A DNA stretch of 64,000 nucleotides from Longimicrobiaceae bacterium (lineage in GTDB: Bacteria; Gemmatimonadota; Gemmatimonadetes; Longimicrobiales; Longimicrobiaceae), in contig JBOHRN010000002.1 of the NCBI GenBank assembly GCA_050732775.1, positions 76,731 through 140,730 of the forward strand, in the 5' to 3' direction. The position numbers and the translations under genes were made by a program. Below are positions 8,260-17,952 of the stretch, one piece after another (position 1 is the first letter of the stretch; every line of letters starts with the position of its first letter). The notes beneath the pieces are model-generated. The model made no database searches. It saw nothing but the letters and a program-made list of their open reading frames with translations, and had not been told where the DNA came from.

Positions 8260-10103
8260 AGCTATTCCAGCCCCACACCCGCAAGCGTCGTATGTTCGGC
8301 GCGGTGTTCGCGCTCTCTTGCGCGGTCACCATCCTCCTGGTCGCCTTCTTCCAAGTACAGGTGGTGGGGGGCGAGCAGTACGCCGTCCGTTCAGAAGAGA
8401 ACCGGCTCCGTCCCATCACCATCCCGGCGCCCCGCGGAACCATCGTGGACCGCCACGGTGAGGTGATGGCTACCAGCGTTACCGGTTACTCGGTGCAACT
8501 CCTGCCCTCCTCCGTGGAAGTTGTCCGCCGCACCCTGAATGATCTGGCTCCGTTTCTCGGGCTCGCCCAGCCACGCCTCGAGGAGCTGATGGAGGAGCGC
8601 GACGCCAGGCCCAATGACCTGTTGGAGATCTCCCGCGACGCCAGCTACGCCCAGGTGGCGGCTATCGAGGAGCGCCGGGCGGCTTTTCCCAACCTGGTGG
8701 TCGCCGAGCGGCCCAAGAGGTACTATCCGGGCGGCGAGGCGGTCGGTCACCTGATGGGGTACCTGGGCGAGGTCAGCGAACGGGAGCTGGAGCTCCCCCG
8801 CTTCGAGCAGGCCGGGTATCGGCAGGGGAGGATTATCGGTAAGGGCGGGATAGAGCGCCAATACGAGCTCTTGTTGGGAGGAGAAGACGGAGCCCGCTTC
8901 GTGGAGGTCGACGCCCACGGCCGGGTGGTGGACCCAGACCCGGGGGTCCGCGCCCTGCCGCCCGAGCCGGGAAGGCGGCTCCGGCTTACCATCGACGCCC
9001 GGCTCCAGGAGTACGTGGCCGAGATTTTCCCCGACTCCATGAAAGGCGCCATCGTGGCCATGATCCCCTCTACCGGAGAGGTGCTGGCCATGTACAGCAA
9101 CCCCGGCTACGACCCGAACGACTTCGTGGGGGGCATCCGGCCGGGGGTGTGGAACGCCCTCAATACCGACCCGGACAAGCCCCTCCTCAACCGCGCCATC
9201 AACGCCATCTATCCGCCCGGCTCCACCTGGAAACTGGCTACGGCCGCGGCCGGATTGGAGGCCGGTGTTATCACCCCCGAGAGCGTGATGCCGATCCCCT
9301 GCTCGGGCGGGATGCTGTACGCGGGCCGTTACGCCCGCTGCTGGCGCGCCTCCGGACACGGCTCTCTGAACCTCATCGGGGCCATCCAGAACTCTTGCAA
9401 CGTCTACTTTTACCAGGTGGGCATCCGGCTAGGGTTGGCCCGGCTGATCGAGGCGGGCGTGCGTATCGGCTTCAACAGCGAGGCGGGCATCGACCTGCCA
9501 GAGGAGATGGCCGGAATCTTTCCCCAGGATATCGAGTGGTACCAGGAGAGGTTCGGCCACACCCCGACTCCCTCCGAGGTGATGAGCTTGTCCATCGGCC
9601 AGGGGCCCAACTCCCAGACGGTGCTGCGCATGGCCCACTTCTACTCGGCCATCGCCGGCAACGGGAGTGCGCCCGAGCCGCACCTGGTGGCCAACCGCCA
9701 AGGCGCGGGCGCGGGGCCGGGGGCCATCGAGATGGAGATCTCCCAAGAGGACCTGGCGGCGATCTGGTCGGGAGCCGAGAAGGTGGTGGAGCAGGGAACC
9801 GGGATCTTGTCCGACCTGGCCAATTGGGAGGTGTACGGCAAAACGGGTACTTCACAGAACCCCCACGGTGGAGATCACGGCTGGTTCACGGGGTTCGCCG
9901 GACCGATCGGAGAGCCCCCCGAGATCGCCTTCGCCGTGATCGTGGAGCACGGCCTGCACGGCAGCGACGTGTCGCCCATAGCCACCAAGGCGGCCAACTT
10001 CTACCTCTCTCGCGAGCACGGCGTGCCGCTGGATCTGGAACCCACCCGTTGGGAGCACATCCTCGGCGGCAGGCCGTGGCAGCCCGCCAGCCGCGCGCCG
10101 TAA
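8256..10103 (+). CDS. mrdA: Penicillin-binding protein 2 (peptidoglycan D,D-transpeptidase)
   Basis: N-terminal TM helix, PBP dimerisation domain, and transpeptidase motifs STWK, SCN (SxN) and KTGTS. ATGA overlap with the preceding gene. Confidence 0.85.
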   Translation: MKLFQPHTRKRRMFGAVFALSCAVTILLVAFFQVQVVGGEQYAVRSEENRLRPITIPAPRGTIVDRHGEVMATSVTGYSVQLLPSSVEVVRRTLNDLAPFLGLAQPRLEELMEERDARPNDLLEISRDASYAQVAAIEERRAAFPNLVVAERPKRYYPGGEAVGHLMGYLGEVSERELELPRFEQAGYRQGRIIGKGGIERQYELLLGGEDGARFVEVDAHGRVVDPDPGVRALPPEPGRRLRLTIDARLQEYVAEIFPDSMKGAIVAMIPSTGEVLAMYSNPGYDPNDFVGGIRPGVWNALNTDPDKPLLNRAINAIYPPGSTWKLATAAAGLEAGVITPESVMPIPCSGGMLYAGRYARCWRASGHGSLNLIGAIQNSCNVYFYQVGIRLGLARLIEAGVRIGFNSEAGIDLPEEMAGIFPQDIEWYQERFGHTPTPSEVMSLSIGQGPNSQTVLRMAHFYSAIAGNGSAPEPHLVANRQGAGAGPGAIEMEISQEDLAAIWSGAEKVVEQGTGILSDLANWEVYGKTGTSQNPHGGDHGWFTGFAGPIGEPPEIAFAVIVEHGLHGSDVSPIATKAANFYLSREHGVPLDLEPTRWEHILGGRPWQPASRAP

Positions 10104-10169
10104 CCCTTCTCCGGGTTACGGCGAACCGTCCAGGTTGACGCTTCGGCTGCGGGGCGGCAAATTGGTGAC

Positions 10170-11219
10170 ATGCCGCTAGCCGCCGAGCGCCGGTCCACGG
10201 AGACGCCGCACAGGTTGACCCGCGACCAACTCCTGGACATTTACCGCTACCTCCGGCTCACCCGCGGGTTGGAAGAGAGGCTGGTCAACCTCTTCCGCCA
10301 GACCAAGGTGGTGGGTGGCCTCTTCCGCTCCCTGGGCCAGGAGGGCGAATCCGTGGCCAGCGCTTACGCCCTGGAGCGGCGCGCCGACGGCACCGGCGAC
10401 GTGCTCTCGCCCCTGATCCGCAACCTCGGCTCCATGCTGGCGATGGGCGCCACCACGGGCGAGGTGCTGCGCCAGTACATGGCCAAGGGGGACAGCCCCA
10501 CACGCGGCAAGGAGCTCAACATCCACTTCGCCTGCTACCGGCGGGGCTTCATCGGCCAGATCTCGCCGCTCGGCGACCTGGTGCCGGTGATGGCGGGGGT
10601 AACCATGACCTTCAGGCAGCGGGGGGAAAGGCGGGTGGGGATGGTGTACGCCGGCGACGGCGCCACCTCGACCGGTGCCTTCCACGAAGGTATCAACCTG
10701 GCCGCGGTCCAGCGCTGCCCCCTGGTGGTAATCGTGGAGAACAACCGCTACGCCTACTCCACGCCGGTCCACAAGCAGACCGCCGCCCGGGCCTTCGTCG
10801 ACAAAGCCGACGGCTACGGCGTACCCGGAGAACAGGTAGACGGAAATGACGTACTGGCCGTGTACGGTGCGGCCAAAGAAGCCGTGGACCGGGCCAGAGC
10901 CGGTGAGGGGGTCTCTCTCATCGAAGTGCTCACCTATCGGCGCAAGGGGCACGCCGAACACGACGCCCAGCCGTACCAGCCGAAACAAGAAATCGACCAG
11001 TGGGCCGCCAGCAACGACCCCCTCGACCGCTACACCGCCACCCTGCTGCAGAACAGATGGGCAGAGCCAGCCGAGTTGGAAGAGCTGGACGCCGGCGTGG
11101 ACCAGGAACTGGACCTCGCCGTGGAGGGGGCCGAGGGGGCACCCATGCCCGAGCCGGATGGCGCCCTGGAAGATGTCTACCAGGGCACGCTGATCCCGGC
11201 TCCGTGGACGCGCGTCTGA
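10170..11219 (+). CDS. 2-oxoacid (pyruvate/branched-chain) dehydrogenase E1 component, alpha subunit
   Basis: TPP-binding E1-alpha pattern (YAGDGATSTGAFHEGINLAA, VVIVENNRYAYSTP). Confidence 0.9.
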   Translation: MPLAAERRSTETPHRLTRDQLLDIYRYLRLTRGLEERLVNLFRQTKVVGGLFRSLGQEGESVASAYALERRADGTGDVLSPLIRNLGSMLAMGATTGEVLRQYMAKGDSPTRGKELNIHFACYRRGFIGQISPLGDLVPVMAGVTMTFRQRGERRVGMVYAGDGATSTGAFHEGINLAAVQRCPLVVIVENNRYAYSTPVHKQTAARAFVDKADGYGVPGEQVDGNDVLAVYGAAKEAVDRARAGEGVSLIEVLTYRRKGHAEHDAQPYQPKQEIDQWAASNDPLDRYTATLLQNRWAEPAELEELDAGVDQELDLAVEGAEGAPMPEPDGALEDVYQGTLIPAPWTRV

Positions 11220-11240
11220 CCGCTGCCCGTACCTACGCCG

Positions 11241-12275
11241 ATGACCTCGAACACCCTCGAAAAACCCGCTTATGTTCGGCTGACCGAGGAGGGCAAGCCG
11301 GTAACCTTTTTGGAGGCCATACGGGAGGCCCTCTGGGAGGAGTTGGAACGCGACGAGCGCGTCTTTATCATGGGCGAGGACATCGGCGCGTACGGAGGCG
11401 CCTTCAAGGTCACCGAAGGCATGCTGGGGCGCTTTGGAGAGTTGCGGGTGATAGACACCCCGATCTCCGAGACGGGTTTTACCGGCGCCGCTGCCGGCGC
11501 GGCCCACATGGGGCAGCGTCCCGTGGTGGAGATGCAGTTCATAGACTTCATCTCGTGCGCCTACGACATCATCACCAACTACGTGGCTACTTCCCGCTAC
11601 CGGGGCGCGGGCGGACTGCCCCTGGTGATCCGGGGTCCGAGCGGGGGCGGGGTGCGCGGCGGGCCGTTCCACTCGCAGAACCCGGAGGCGGCTTTTTTTC
11701 ATACCCCCGGGCTCAAGATCGTCTACCCAGCCACGGCCCGCGACGCCAAAGGGCTGCTCAAGGCGGCGATCCGAGACGACGACCCGGTCCTTTTCTTCGA
11801 GCACAAGTGGCTCTACCGCCGCCCGCAACTCCGGGAGGTACTTCCCAACCAGGATTACACCGTGCCGCTCGGGAAGGCGCGCGCGCACCGGGAGGGGAAA
11901 GACCTCACCATCGTCACTTACGCTGCCATGGTACACAAGTCACAAGAGGCGGCCGAGGTGCTGGAAAAAGAGGACGGGCTTTCGGTCGAGATTCTGGACC
12001 TGCGCACGCTCCTCCCGCTAGACGAAGACGCCGTGGTAGAGAGCGTGAAGAAGACCAACCGCTGCCTGGTCGTCCACGAGGACACCCGCACAGGCGGTGT
12101 CGCGGGAGAGATCGCCATGCGGATAAACGAGCGCTGTTTCGAGTGGTTGGACGCACCCGTTCTGAGGGTGACCGCCATCGACGCGCCGGTTCCGTACTCT
12201 CCCCCCCTGGAGGACTACTTTCTGCCGCAGGTGGACGACGTGGTCAAGGCGGTGCGGCACTTGGCGGGGTATTAG
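11241..12275 (+). CDS. 2-oxoacid dehydrogenase E1 component, beta subunit
   Basis: Transketolase-like pyrimidine-binding and C-terminal domains (VFIMGEDIGAYGGAFKVT, RVIDTPISE). Confidence 0.9.
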   Translation: MTSNTLEKPAYVRLTEEGKPVTFLEAIREALWEELERDERVFIMGEDIGAYGGAFKVTEGMLGRFGELRVIDTPISETGFTGAAAGAAHMGQRPVVEMQFIDFISCAYDIITNYVATSRYRGAGGLPLVIRGPSGGGVRGGPFHSQNPEAAFFHTPGLKIVYPATARDAKGLLKAAIRDDDPVLFFEHKWLYRRPQLREVLPNQDYTVPLGKARAHREGKDLTIVTYAAMVHKSQEAAEVLEKEDGLSVEILDLRTLLPLDEDAVVESVKKTNRCLVVHEDTRTGGVAGEIAMRINERCFEWLDAPVLRVTAIDAPVPYSPPLEDYFLPQVDDVVKAVRHLAGY

Positions 12276-12322
12276 CCGCTTACTATATTCACCTCGGAAC
12301 GCTCCCTTAGCCCAGGCAACTC

Positions 12323-13666
12323 GTGGCAAGAGTCGAAGTTCCCATGCCCCAGATGGGCGAATCTATCGCCGAAGGCACTGTGTCCACCTGGCTGAAGAAG
12401 GTGGGTGACCAGGTCGAGCGGGACGAGCCGATCATGGAGATCTCGACCGACAAGGTGGACGCCGAGATACCATCGCCGGCGGCTGGCACCCTAGCGGAGA
12501 TCGTGGTTCAGGAGGGAGACACCGTCGAGGTGGGCGCTGTCGTCGCCTACCTCGAGACCTCCGTCACGGCCAGGCAAGCTTCCGCCGGGACGCCCGCCCC
12601 CGAGCCCGGCACGCCCGAGGAGGAGCCGGCCACGCCGGTGGCGGGAGAGGCAGAGCCCAAGGCCGAGCGCGACTCCTCCGTGGCCACGGTGCCCCCGGGA
12701 GCGGGCAACGGCGGCGGGCCCGAAACGCTGGAGGAGCGGCTGCGCCGCCGCTCGTCACCGCTGGTGCGCAGAATCGCGGCCGAACACGACGTTGACATCT
12801 CGGCCATCGACGGGTCGGGGCGTCACGGCCGCGTCACCAAGGGAGACATCCTCAACTTCATCGAACGGGGGGTACCGGCGGGCCGGGGGCCAGCCCCGGC
12901 GGGGGGCGTCTCCTGGGACGCTTTCTACACCCGCGTGGAACACCCCGAAGTCACGGCCGGTCCGGGTGACCGAGTGGAGCCGGTTCCCCGCATGACGTCG
13001 CTCATAGCCGACCACATGATCCTCTCGCGGCGGACCTCGGCGCACGTCCACTCCTACTTCGAGGTAGACTACAGCCAGGTTGACCGCGTGCGGGCCAATA
13101 ACCGCAGGGTGTGGGAAGAGCAGGGGGTCAAAGTCACCTACACCGGCTTCATCGCCAAGGCCGTGGCCACGGCGCTGAGAGAGCATCCGAAGCTCAACGC
13201 CGCCCTGTCTCGGAGCGAGGTCATCTACCGCGGCGACGTGAACCTGGGTGTCGCCGTGGCACTGGAGCAGGGGTTGATCGTGCCGGTGGTCCGCAAAGCT
13301 GACCAGCTATCGCTGGCGGGGCTTTCCCAAGCCATCGCCGACCTGGCCGAGCGCGCCCGGAGCAAGAAGCTCAAGCCGGAAGAGGTCCAGGACGGCACCT
13401 TCACCATCACCAACCCGGGCGTCTTCGGGACCCGCATCGGCTTTCCCATCATCAACCAGCCACAGGTGGCCATCATGGGGGTGGGCGCGGTGGAGAAGCG
13501 ACCGGTGGTCATCAGCGACGAGTTCGGCAACGACGCTATCGTGCCGCGGAGGCGCGGGTTCCTGTCGCTCGGCTACGACCACCGGCTGGTCAACGGAGCG
13601 GACGCCGACCGCTTCCTGGCCAGAGTCAAGGAGATTCTGGAAAACTTTCCCGAGGCGGGGGCGTAG
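12323..13666 (+). CDS. Dihydrolipoamide acyltransferase (E2)
   Basis: Lipoyl domain (EISTDKVDAEIPSP), Pro/Ala linker, peripheral subunit-binding domain (SPLVRRIAAEHDVDISAIDGSG), and a catalytic domain with DHRLVNGA. GTG start. Confidence 0.9.
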   Translation: MARVEVPMPQMGESIAEGTVSTWLKKVGDQVERDEPIMEISTDKVDAEIPSPAAGTLAEIVVQEGDTVEVGAVVAYLETSVTARQASAGTPAPEPGTPEEEPATPVAGEAEPKAERDSSVATVPPGAGNGGGPETLEERLRRRSSPLVRRIAAEHDVDISAIDGSGRHGRVTKGDILNFIERGVPAGRGPAPAGGVSWDAFYTRVEHPEVTAGPGDRVEPVPRMTSLIADHMILSRRTSAHVHSYFEVDYSQVDRVRANNRRVWEEQGVKVTYTGFIAKAVATALREHPKLNAALSRSEVIYRGDVNLGVAVALEQGLIVPVVRKADQLSLAGLSQAIADLAERARSKKLKPEEVQDGTFTITNPGVFGTRIGFPIINQPQVAIMGVGAVEKRPVVISDEFGNDAIVPRRRGFLSLGYDHRLVNGADADRFLARVKEILENFPEAGA

Positions 13667-13675
13667 CTCCCGGCC

Positions 13676-14104
13676 TCACCACACCGGCCCGTCGAGGGTG
13701 TTGCCGGGGCCGTCTGGCACTCCGCACTCGGGGCACTGGGTGGCGAGGTACTTGAACCACTCCTCGATTTCGGCGGGGGAGGGAAGGCGGTTGCAACCTT
13801 CCGCGCCAACCACTTCGTAGACCTCGCCGTAGCGATCCACGACCACCAACGCCGCCATCTCTGCGGGCATCTTCAGGCGTGTACGGAACCACGAACCGTC
13901 GCCCTCTCCAGCCACCAGCGCCACGCCGTCCCAACGCTGGAAGCTAGCCGCGGAGTCAGCGAGCAGTTCTAGGTAAGCCCCGCACCCGGACGGCGGGGGC
14001 AGGATCACGGCGTACGCCTCACGCGTGCCGCGCCGTAGCTCGCGGGGAAGCTGGTCGGGAAGTGACAGCAGAGTGAGCGCGGGAACTCTGGCACCTATCT
14101 TCAT
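13676..14104 (-). CDS. Hypothetical protein, possibly thioredoxin-fold-like, with a C-terminal CPEC motif
   Basis: ORF with good GC3 bias. ATG at 14104 (MKIGARVP). No confident family assignment. Confidence 0.4.
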   Translation of the reverse strand: MKIGARVPALTLLSLPDQLPRELRRGTREAYAVILPPPSGCGAYLELLADSAASFQRWDGVALVAGEGDGSWFRTRLKMPAEMAALVVVDRYGEVYEVVGAEGCNRLPSPAEIEEWFKYLATQCPECGVPDGPGNTLDGPVW

Positions 14105-14172
14105 GGCGTGGCCTCTCCTTGGCGTCCCGTTTCCGGGGTGCAAATTCCGGCCCGCGCGGTTATCATGCCGCG

Positions 14173-14856
14173 GTGAACTCGCGCCAGCTTTTGGTAAGCC
14201 GTCTCGGCAGGGTACCGTACGGAGGGGCCCTGGGCTTGCAAGCCGGGCTGGTTGAGCAGCGCCGGGCGGGCGAGATCCCGGACAGCCTACTGCTCCTGGA
14301 GCACCCGCACGTCATCACCCTGGGATCGGGCTCTCGCCCCGAGCACGTGCTCTACGACGAGCGTGAGCGAACCCGGCGGGGGATCGAGCTGTACCAGACC
14401 GGCCGCGGGGGCGACGTCACCTACCACGGGCCGGGCCAACTGGTGGGCTATCCCATCCTCGACCTCAAGCCCGACCGCCAGGACCTCCACCGCTACCTAC
14501 GCGACCTGGAAGAGGTGCTGATCCGAACTACCGCCCGGTTCGGACTCGAGGGGCGCCGCTCCCAGGGGATGACGGGGGTGTGGGTCGGCGGTAAAAAGCT
14601 GGCCGCCATCGGCGTGCGGGTCTCTTCGGGCTGGATCACCTCCCACGGCTTCGCCCTCAACGTGAACACCGATCTCTCCTTCTTCGATTCCATAGTCCCG
14701 TGCGGAATCCGGCAGTACCGGGTGGGTTCGATTTCGGCCGAAGTGGGAACAGAGGTGCCGCTGGAGGAGGTGGAGGAGTTGGTTGCCGAGTGCTTCGGAG
14801 AGCTGTTCGGGAGAGAGCTCCGGTGGGTGGATGGACGGGTAAACTGGCGTGGCTAA
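14173..14856 (+). CDS. lipB: Octanoyltransferase (lipoyl(octanoyl) transferase)
   Basis: LipB pattern (LLLLEHPHVITLG, RGGDVTYHGPGQLVGYPILDL, KLAAIGVRV). GTG start at 14173. Confidence 0.85.
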   Translation: MNSRQLLVSRLGRVPYGGALGLQAGLVEQRRAGEIPDSLLLLEHPHVITLGSGSRPEHVLYDERERTRRGIELYQTGRGGDVTYHGPGQLVGYPILDLKPDRQDLHRYLRDLEEVLIRTTARFGLEGRRSQGMTGVWVGGKKLAAIGVRVSSGWITSHGFALNVNTDLSFFDSIVPCGIRQYRVGSISAEVGTEVPLEEVEELVAECFGELFGRELRWVDGRVNWRG

Positions 14857-15458
14857 TCTGTGGGAGGCAGGGAAGAGGGCGAAAAGCTCGATTCCTCCGG
14901 CGGAGTGGGGAAAAAGTCGAGGTAGCGCCCCTTCTTTTCTTGCTCGGCCGCGATCCACGCCTCGAAGCCCGATGCGATCAGCCCCCCGCTGGCCGACTGC
15001 TCTTTGGCCGCCCGCACCGCGAGTTCGTTGGCGTATTCGTTCTGGGGGTGCAGAGCGTGGCCCTTGACCCAGCGCCATTCGATCTGGTGGCGCCCGGCCG
15101 TCCGCACCAGCTCTCGCCACTGCTCCAGATTCTCGATCACTCCCCCCTTTCTCGTCCACCCCCGCTGGGCCCAAGCGTGGACCCAAGAGATCATGCCGTC
15201 GACCAGGTAGCGGCTGTCCGAGGTAAAGACAATGCGCGAGCCCTCACTGAGATGCCGCAGCGCAGCTAGCGCCCCGCGGATCGCCATGCGGTTATTGGTG
15301 GTGTCGGGCTCGCTGCCCCAGAAGTCACGGCGCAGCCACCCTTTGCGGGCATGAAAGAGTTCGGCCACGCCGCCGAAACCCCCCGGCCGCGCCCGCTCCC
15401 TAAACTGGTTGCCGAGGCACGATTCGTCGGCGTAGAGCAGCACCAGTGGAGAGCTCAT
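14853..15458 (-). CDS. rnhA: Ribonuclease HI with a ~50-aa C-terminal extension
   Basis: RNase H type-1 motifs (LYADESC, TNNRMAIRGALAAL, TSDSRYLV, WVKGHALHPQNEYANELA). Start at MSSPLVLLY. Confidence 0.85.
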   Translation of the reverse strand: MSSPLVLLYADESCLGNQFRERARPGGFGGVAELFHARKGWLRRDFWGSEPDTTNNRMAIRGALAALRHLSEGSRIVFTSDSRYLVDGMISWVHAWAQRGWTRKGGVIENLEQWRELVRTAGRHQIEWRWVKGHALHPQNEYANELAVRAAKEQSASGGLIASGFEAWIAAEQEKKGRYLDFFPTPPEESSFSPSSLPPTD

Positions 15459-15568
15459 GCCGGCAAGGTAGGGTTCGTGCCGGAGTCCCGCCAACCCAGC
15501 TTGACACGGCCGGGCGGGGAGTGAACCTTTCTCGCGGCTGTAGCCGTCCTTTCCTCGATCCGCTGCCT

Positions 15569-16669
15569 GTGTCCGCTTCGGCCGTACTCCTGCTCGAAGA
15601 CGGCCGTGGCTTTCCCGGCAAGCCGCTGGGGACCTCCGGCACCGCCTTCGGAGAAGTGGTCTTCAACACCTCGATGACCGGGTACCAAGAGGTCCTCACC
15701 GACCCCTCGTATACCGGCCAGCTGGTGGTGATGACCTACCCGCTGATCGGGAACTACGGCACCAGCGGTGAGGATGACGAGTCTGACCGCCCGCGGGTAG
15801 CGGGGTTCGTGGTGCGCGAACTCCCGGCTCTTTACAGCAGTTGGCGGGCCGGGGCGTCCTTGGAGCATTACCTGCAAGAGCACGGGGTGGTGGCGATTCA
15901 GGGTGTGGACAGCCGCGCCCTCACCCGCCACCTCCGTTCGCGGGGAGCCATGCGGGGGGTGATCGCTCCGGAGGGCGCCGACAAAGAGCTGCTGCTGGAA
16001 AAGATACTGGCCCAGCCGCGTATGGAGGGGCTCGACTTGGCGTACGCCGCCTCTACCAGCGTCCGTTACCAGGTCCCAGCGGAGCGGGAGCAGAGGTTCC
16101 GGGTGGCCGCCTTCGACCTCGGGGTCAAGTCCCGCTCCCTCGAGCTTCTGGCGGGGCGCGGCTGCGAAGTTACGGTGCTACCGTACGGTACCCGCGCGGA
16201 AGAGGTGTCGGAGCTGGCCCCGGACGGTCTCTTCGTGTCCAACGGCCCGGGTGATCCGGCCTCGGTGTCGTCGGCGGTCGAGGCCATCCGGCGCCTAGGC
16301 GCCAGGGGGGTACCCGTCTTCGGCATCTGCCTGGGTCACCAGCTGCTGGCCCGCGCTTACGGTGGCAGTACCTACAAGCTCTTGTACGGCCACCGGGGCG
16401 GCAACCATCCGGTCCGCCGGCTCACCGATGGAGCGGTCGAGATTACCGCCCAGAACCACGGTTTCGCCGTCCGGGGCGACAGGGAAGTGGTCCCCGGCGC
16501 AACTTCCCTGCGGGTGACCCACCTGAACCTGAACGACGGCACGGTGGAGGGGGTCGAGCACCGGGAGGAGCCGGTGTTCGCCGTCCAGTACCACCCCGAG
16601 GCCGCGCCCGGCCCCCAAGATTCCCACTACCTTTTCGACAGCTTCATCTCCCGCATGGAGGGTGCTTGA
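15569..16669 (+). CDS. carA: Carbamoyl-phosphate synthase small (glutaminase) subunit
   Basis: N-terminus SAVLLLEDGRGFPGKPLG parallels E. coli CarA. Contains FNTSMTGYQE and the GATase motif FGICLGHQLL. GTG start at 15569. Confidence 0.9.
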   Translation: MSASAVLLLEDGRGFPGKPLGTSGTAFGEVVFNTSMTGYQEVLTDPSYTGQLVVMTYPLIGNYGTSGEDDESDRPRVAGFVVRELPALYSSWRAGASLEHYLQEHGVVAIQGVDSRALTRHLRSRGAMRGVIAPEGADKELLLEKILAQPRMEGLDLAYAASTSVRYQVPAEREQRFRVAAFDLGVKSRSLELLAGRGCEVTVLPYGTRAEEVSELAPDGLFVSNGPGDPASVSSAVEAIRRLGARGVPVFGICLGHQLLARAYGGSTYKLLYGHRGGNHPVRRLTDGAVEITAQNHGFAVRGDREVVPGATSLRVTHLNLNDGTVEGVEHREEPVFAVQYHPEAAPGPQDSHYLFDSFISRMEGA

Positions 16670-16736
16670 CGCCGAAGGGGCGCGGGCGTATCGTTAATCT
16701 CGACCCATCCATTTACCAGCAGCTCTCAAGCTTACC

Positions 16737-17630
16737 GTGGCTCGGCGCCCAGTTTTGATTGGACTCCTGATAGTCCTCTTTCTGCTCTTCTCGGCCGGAC
16801 TGGTGGTGACCATGCTCCTGGCGCTGCGAGGTGACGGCGCCGGCCTCTTTACCGGAGACCGCGTCGCCGTTCTGGAAGTGGAGGGGGTCATTTTCGGAGA
16901 CGACGACTTTTTGCGCGACCTCAGGCGCTTCCTGGACGACAAGTCGGTCAAGGCCATCGTGATCGATATCGATTCGCCGGGAGGGGCCGTGGCCCCCTCC
17001 CAGAGCATCTACCGGGAACTCCGCAAAGTGCGCGAGGAGGGCACGCCGGTGATCGCCTCGATCGGCTCGGTGGGAGCCAGCGGTGGGTACTACGTGGCCC
17101 TCGGAGCCGACAGCATTTTTGCCATGCCGGGGTCCATCACCGGCTCCATCGGAGCGATCATGCAATTTCCCAACGTGGAGGAGTTGGCCGACAAGGTCGG
17201 CGTCTCGATGGAGGTGGTGAAGAGTTCGGAGCTCAAGGACATCGGCTCCCCCTTTGACGAAATGTCCCCGGAAGAAGAACAAGTCCTGCGCGCCCTGGTG
17301 CTCGACGTCTACGACCAGTTCGTATCTTCCGTGGCCCGGGAGCGGGGTATGAGCGAGCCCGAAGTGCGGCGGCTCGCCGACGGCAGGGTCCTCTCTGGCC
17401 GCCAGGCTCGGGCCCTCGGGCTGGTGGACCGGCTGGGCAACCTCAGCGAGGCGATCGAGGCGGCTGGCCGCATGGCCGGGTTGGGCGAAGACCCCGAAGT
17501 CGTGCGTCCCCCCGAGCCCAGCGTATCCCTGCTCCAACTCCTCATCCGGGGAGGCGCCGAGGCGCTTGCCGAGGTGGGTTCCGGGATGCGGGGGTTACAA
17601 GTGCCGCAACTTCAGTATATTGCATACTGA
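16737..17630 (+). CDS. sppA: Signal peptide peptidase SppA (36K type, S49 family)
   Basis: N-terminal TM helix, then S49 motifs (IDSPGGAV, GSVGASGGYYVA, SGRQARALGLVD). Confidence 0.8.
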   Translation: MARRPVLIGLLIVLFLLFSAGLVVTMLLALRGDGAGLFTGDRVAVLEVEGVIFGDDDFLRDLRRFLDDKSVKAIVIDIDSPGGAVAPSQSIYRELRKVREEGTPVIASIGSVGASGGYYVALGADSIFAMPGSITGSIGAIMQFPNVEELADKVGVSMEVVKSSELKDIGSPFDEMSPEEEQVLRALVLDVYDQFVSSVARERGMSEPEVRRLADGRVLSGRQARALGLVDRLGNLSEAIEAAGRMAGLGEDPEVVRPPEPSVSLLQLLIRGGAEALAEVGSGMRGLQVPQLQYIAY

Positions 17631-17658
17631 GCTTCGTTCAATCCAGCAGAAAAGATCG

Positions 17659-17952
17659 ATGACCAAAGCAGAACTCGTGTCCAGGGTAGCGGATTCCATC
17701 GGCCCCTCGGTGAGCAAGAAAGAGTGCGCCGCGGTGGTGGACGCCTTCCTGATTTCGGTTAAGGAGGCGCTCGCCGATCACGAAAACATCGAGATCCGTG
17801 GCTTCGGAACCTTCAAGGTGCGGGCTCGCAAGAGTCGCCTGGCCCGGAATCCCCGCACCGGCGATCCGGTGGAGGTGCCCCCGCGCGTGGTCCCCGTGTT
17901 CAAGCCGTCCAAGGATTTGAGGGCGATGGTGGAGGAGCCCGCCCGGGTCTGA
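17659..17952 (+). CDS. HU/IHF-family DNA-binding protein
   Basis: MTKAELV..., GFGTFKVRARKSRLARNPRTGDPVEVPPRVVPVFKPSK is the canonical HU/IHF arm. Confidence 0.85.
   Translation: MTKAELVSRVADSIGPSVSKKECAAVVDAFLISVKEALADHENIEIRGFGTFKVRARKSRLARNPRTGDPVEVPPRVVPVFKPSKDLRAMVEEPARV

Noticed and set aside
10176-11936. 586-aa ORF antisense to the E1 alpha/beta genes
   Set aside because: It lies opposite two genes with unmistakable homology. Its product is Arg/Gly/Pro/His-rich low-complexity sequence, typical of spurious antisense ORFs in high-GC DNA.
14088-14103. Sigma-54-like promoter TGGCACCTATCTTCAT about 70 nt upstream of lipB
   Set aside because: The -24 GG element fits, but the -12 element reads TTCA instead of TTGC (the GC dinucleotide is missing). 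It also lies within the coding start of the opposite-strand ORF. Too weak to call.
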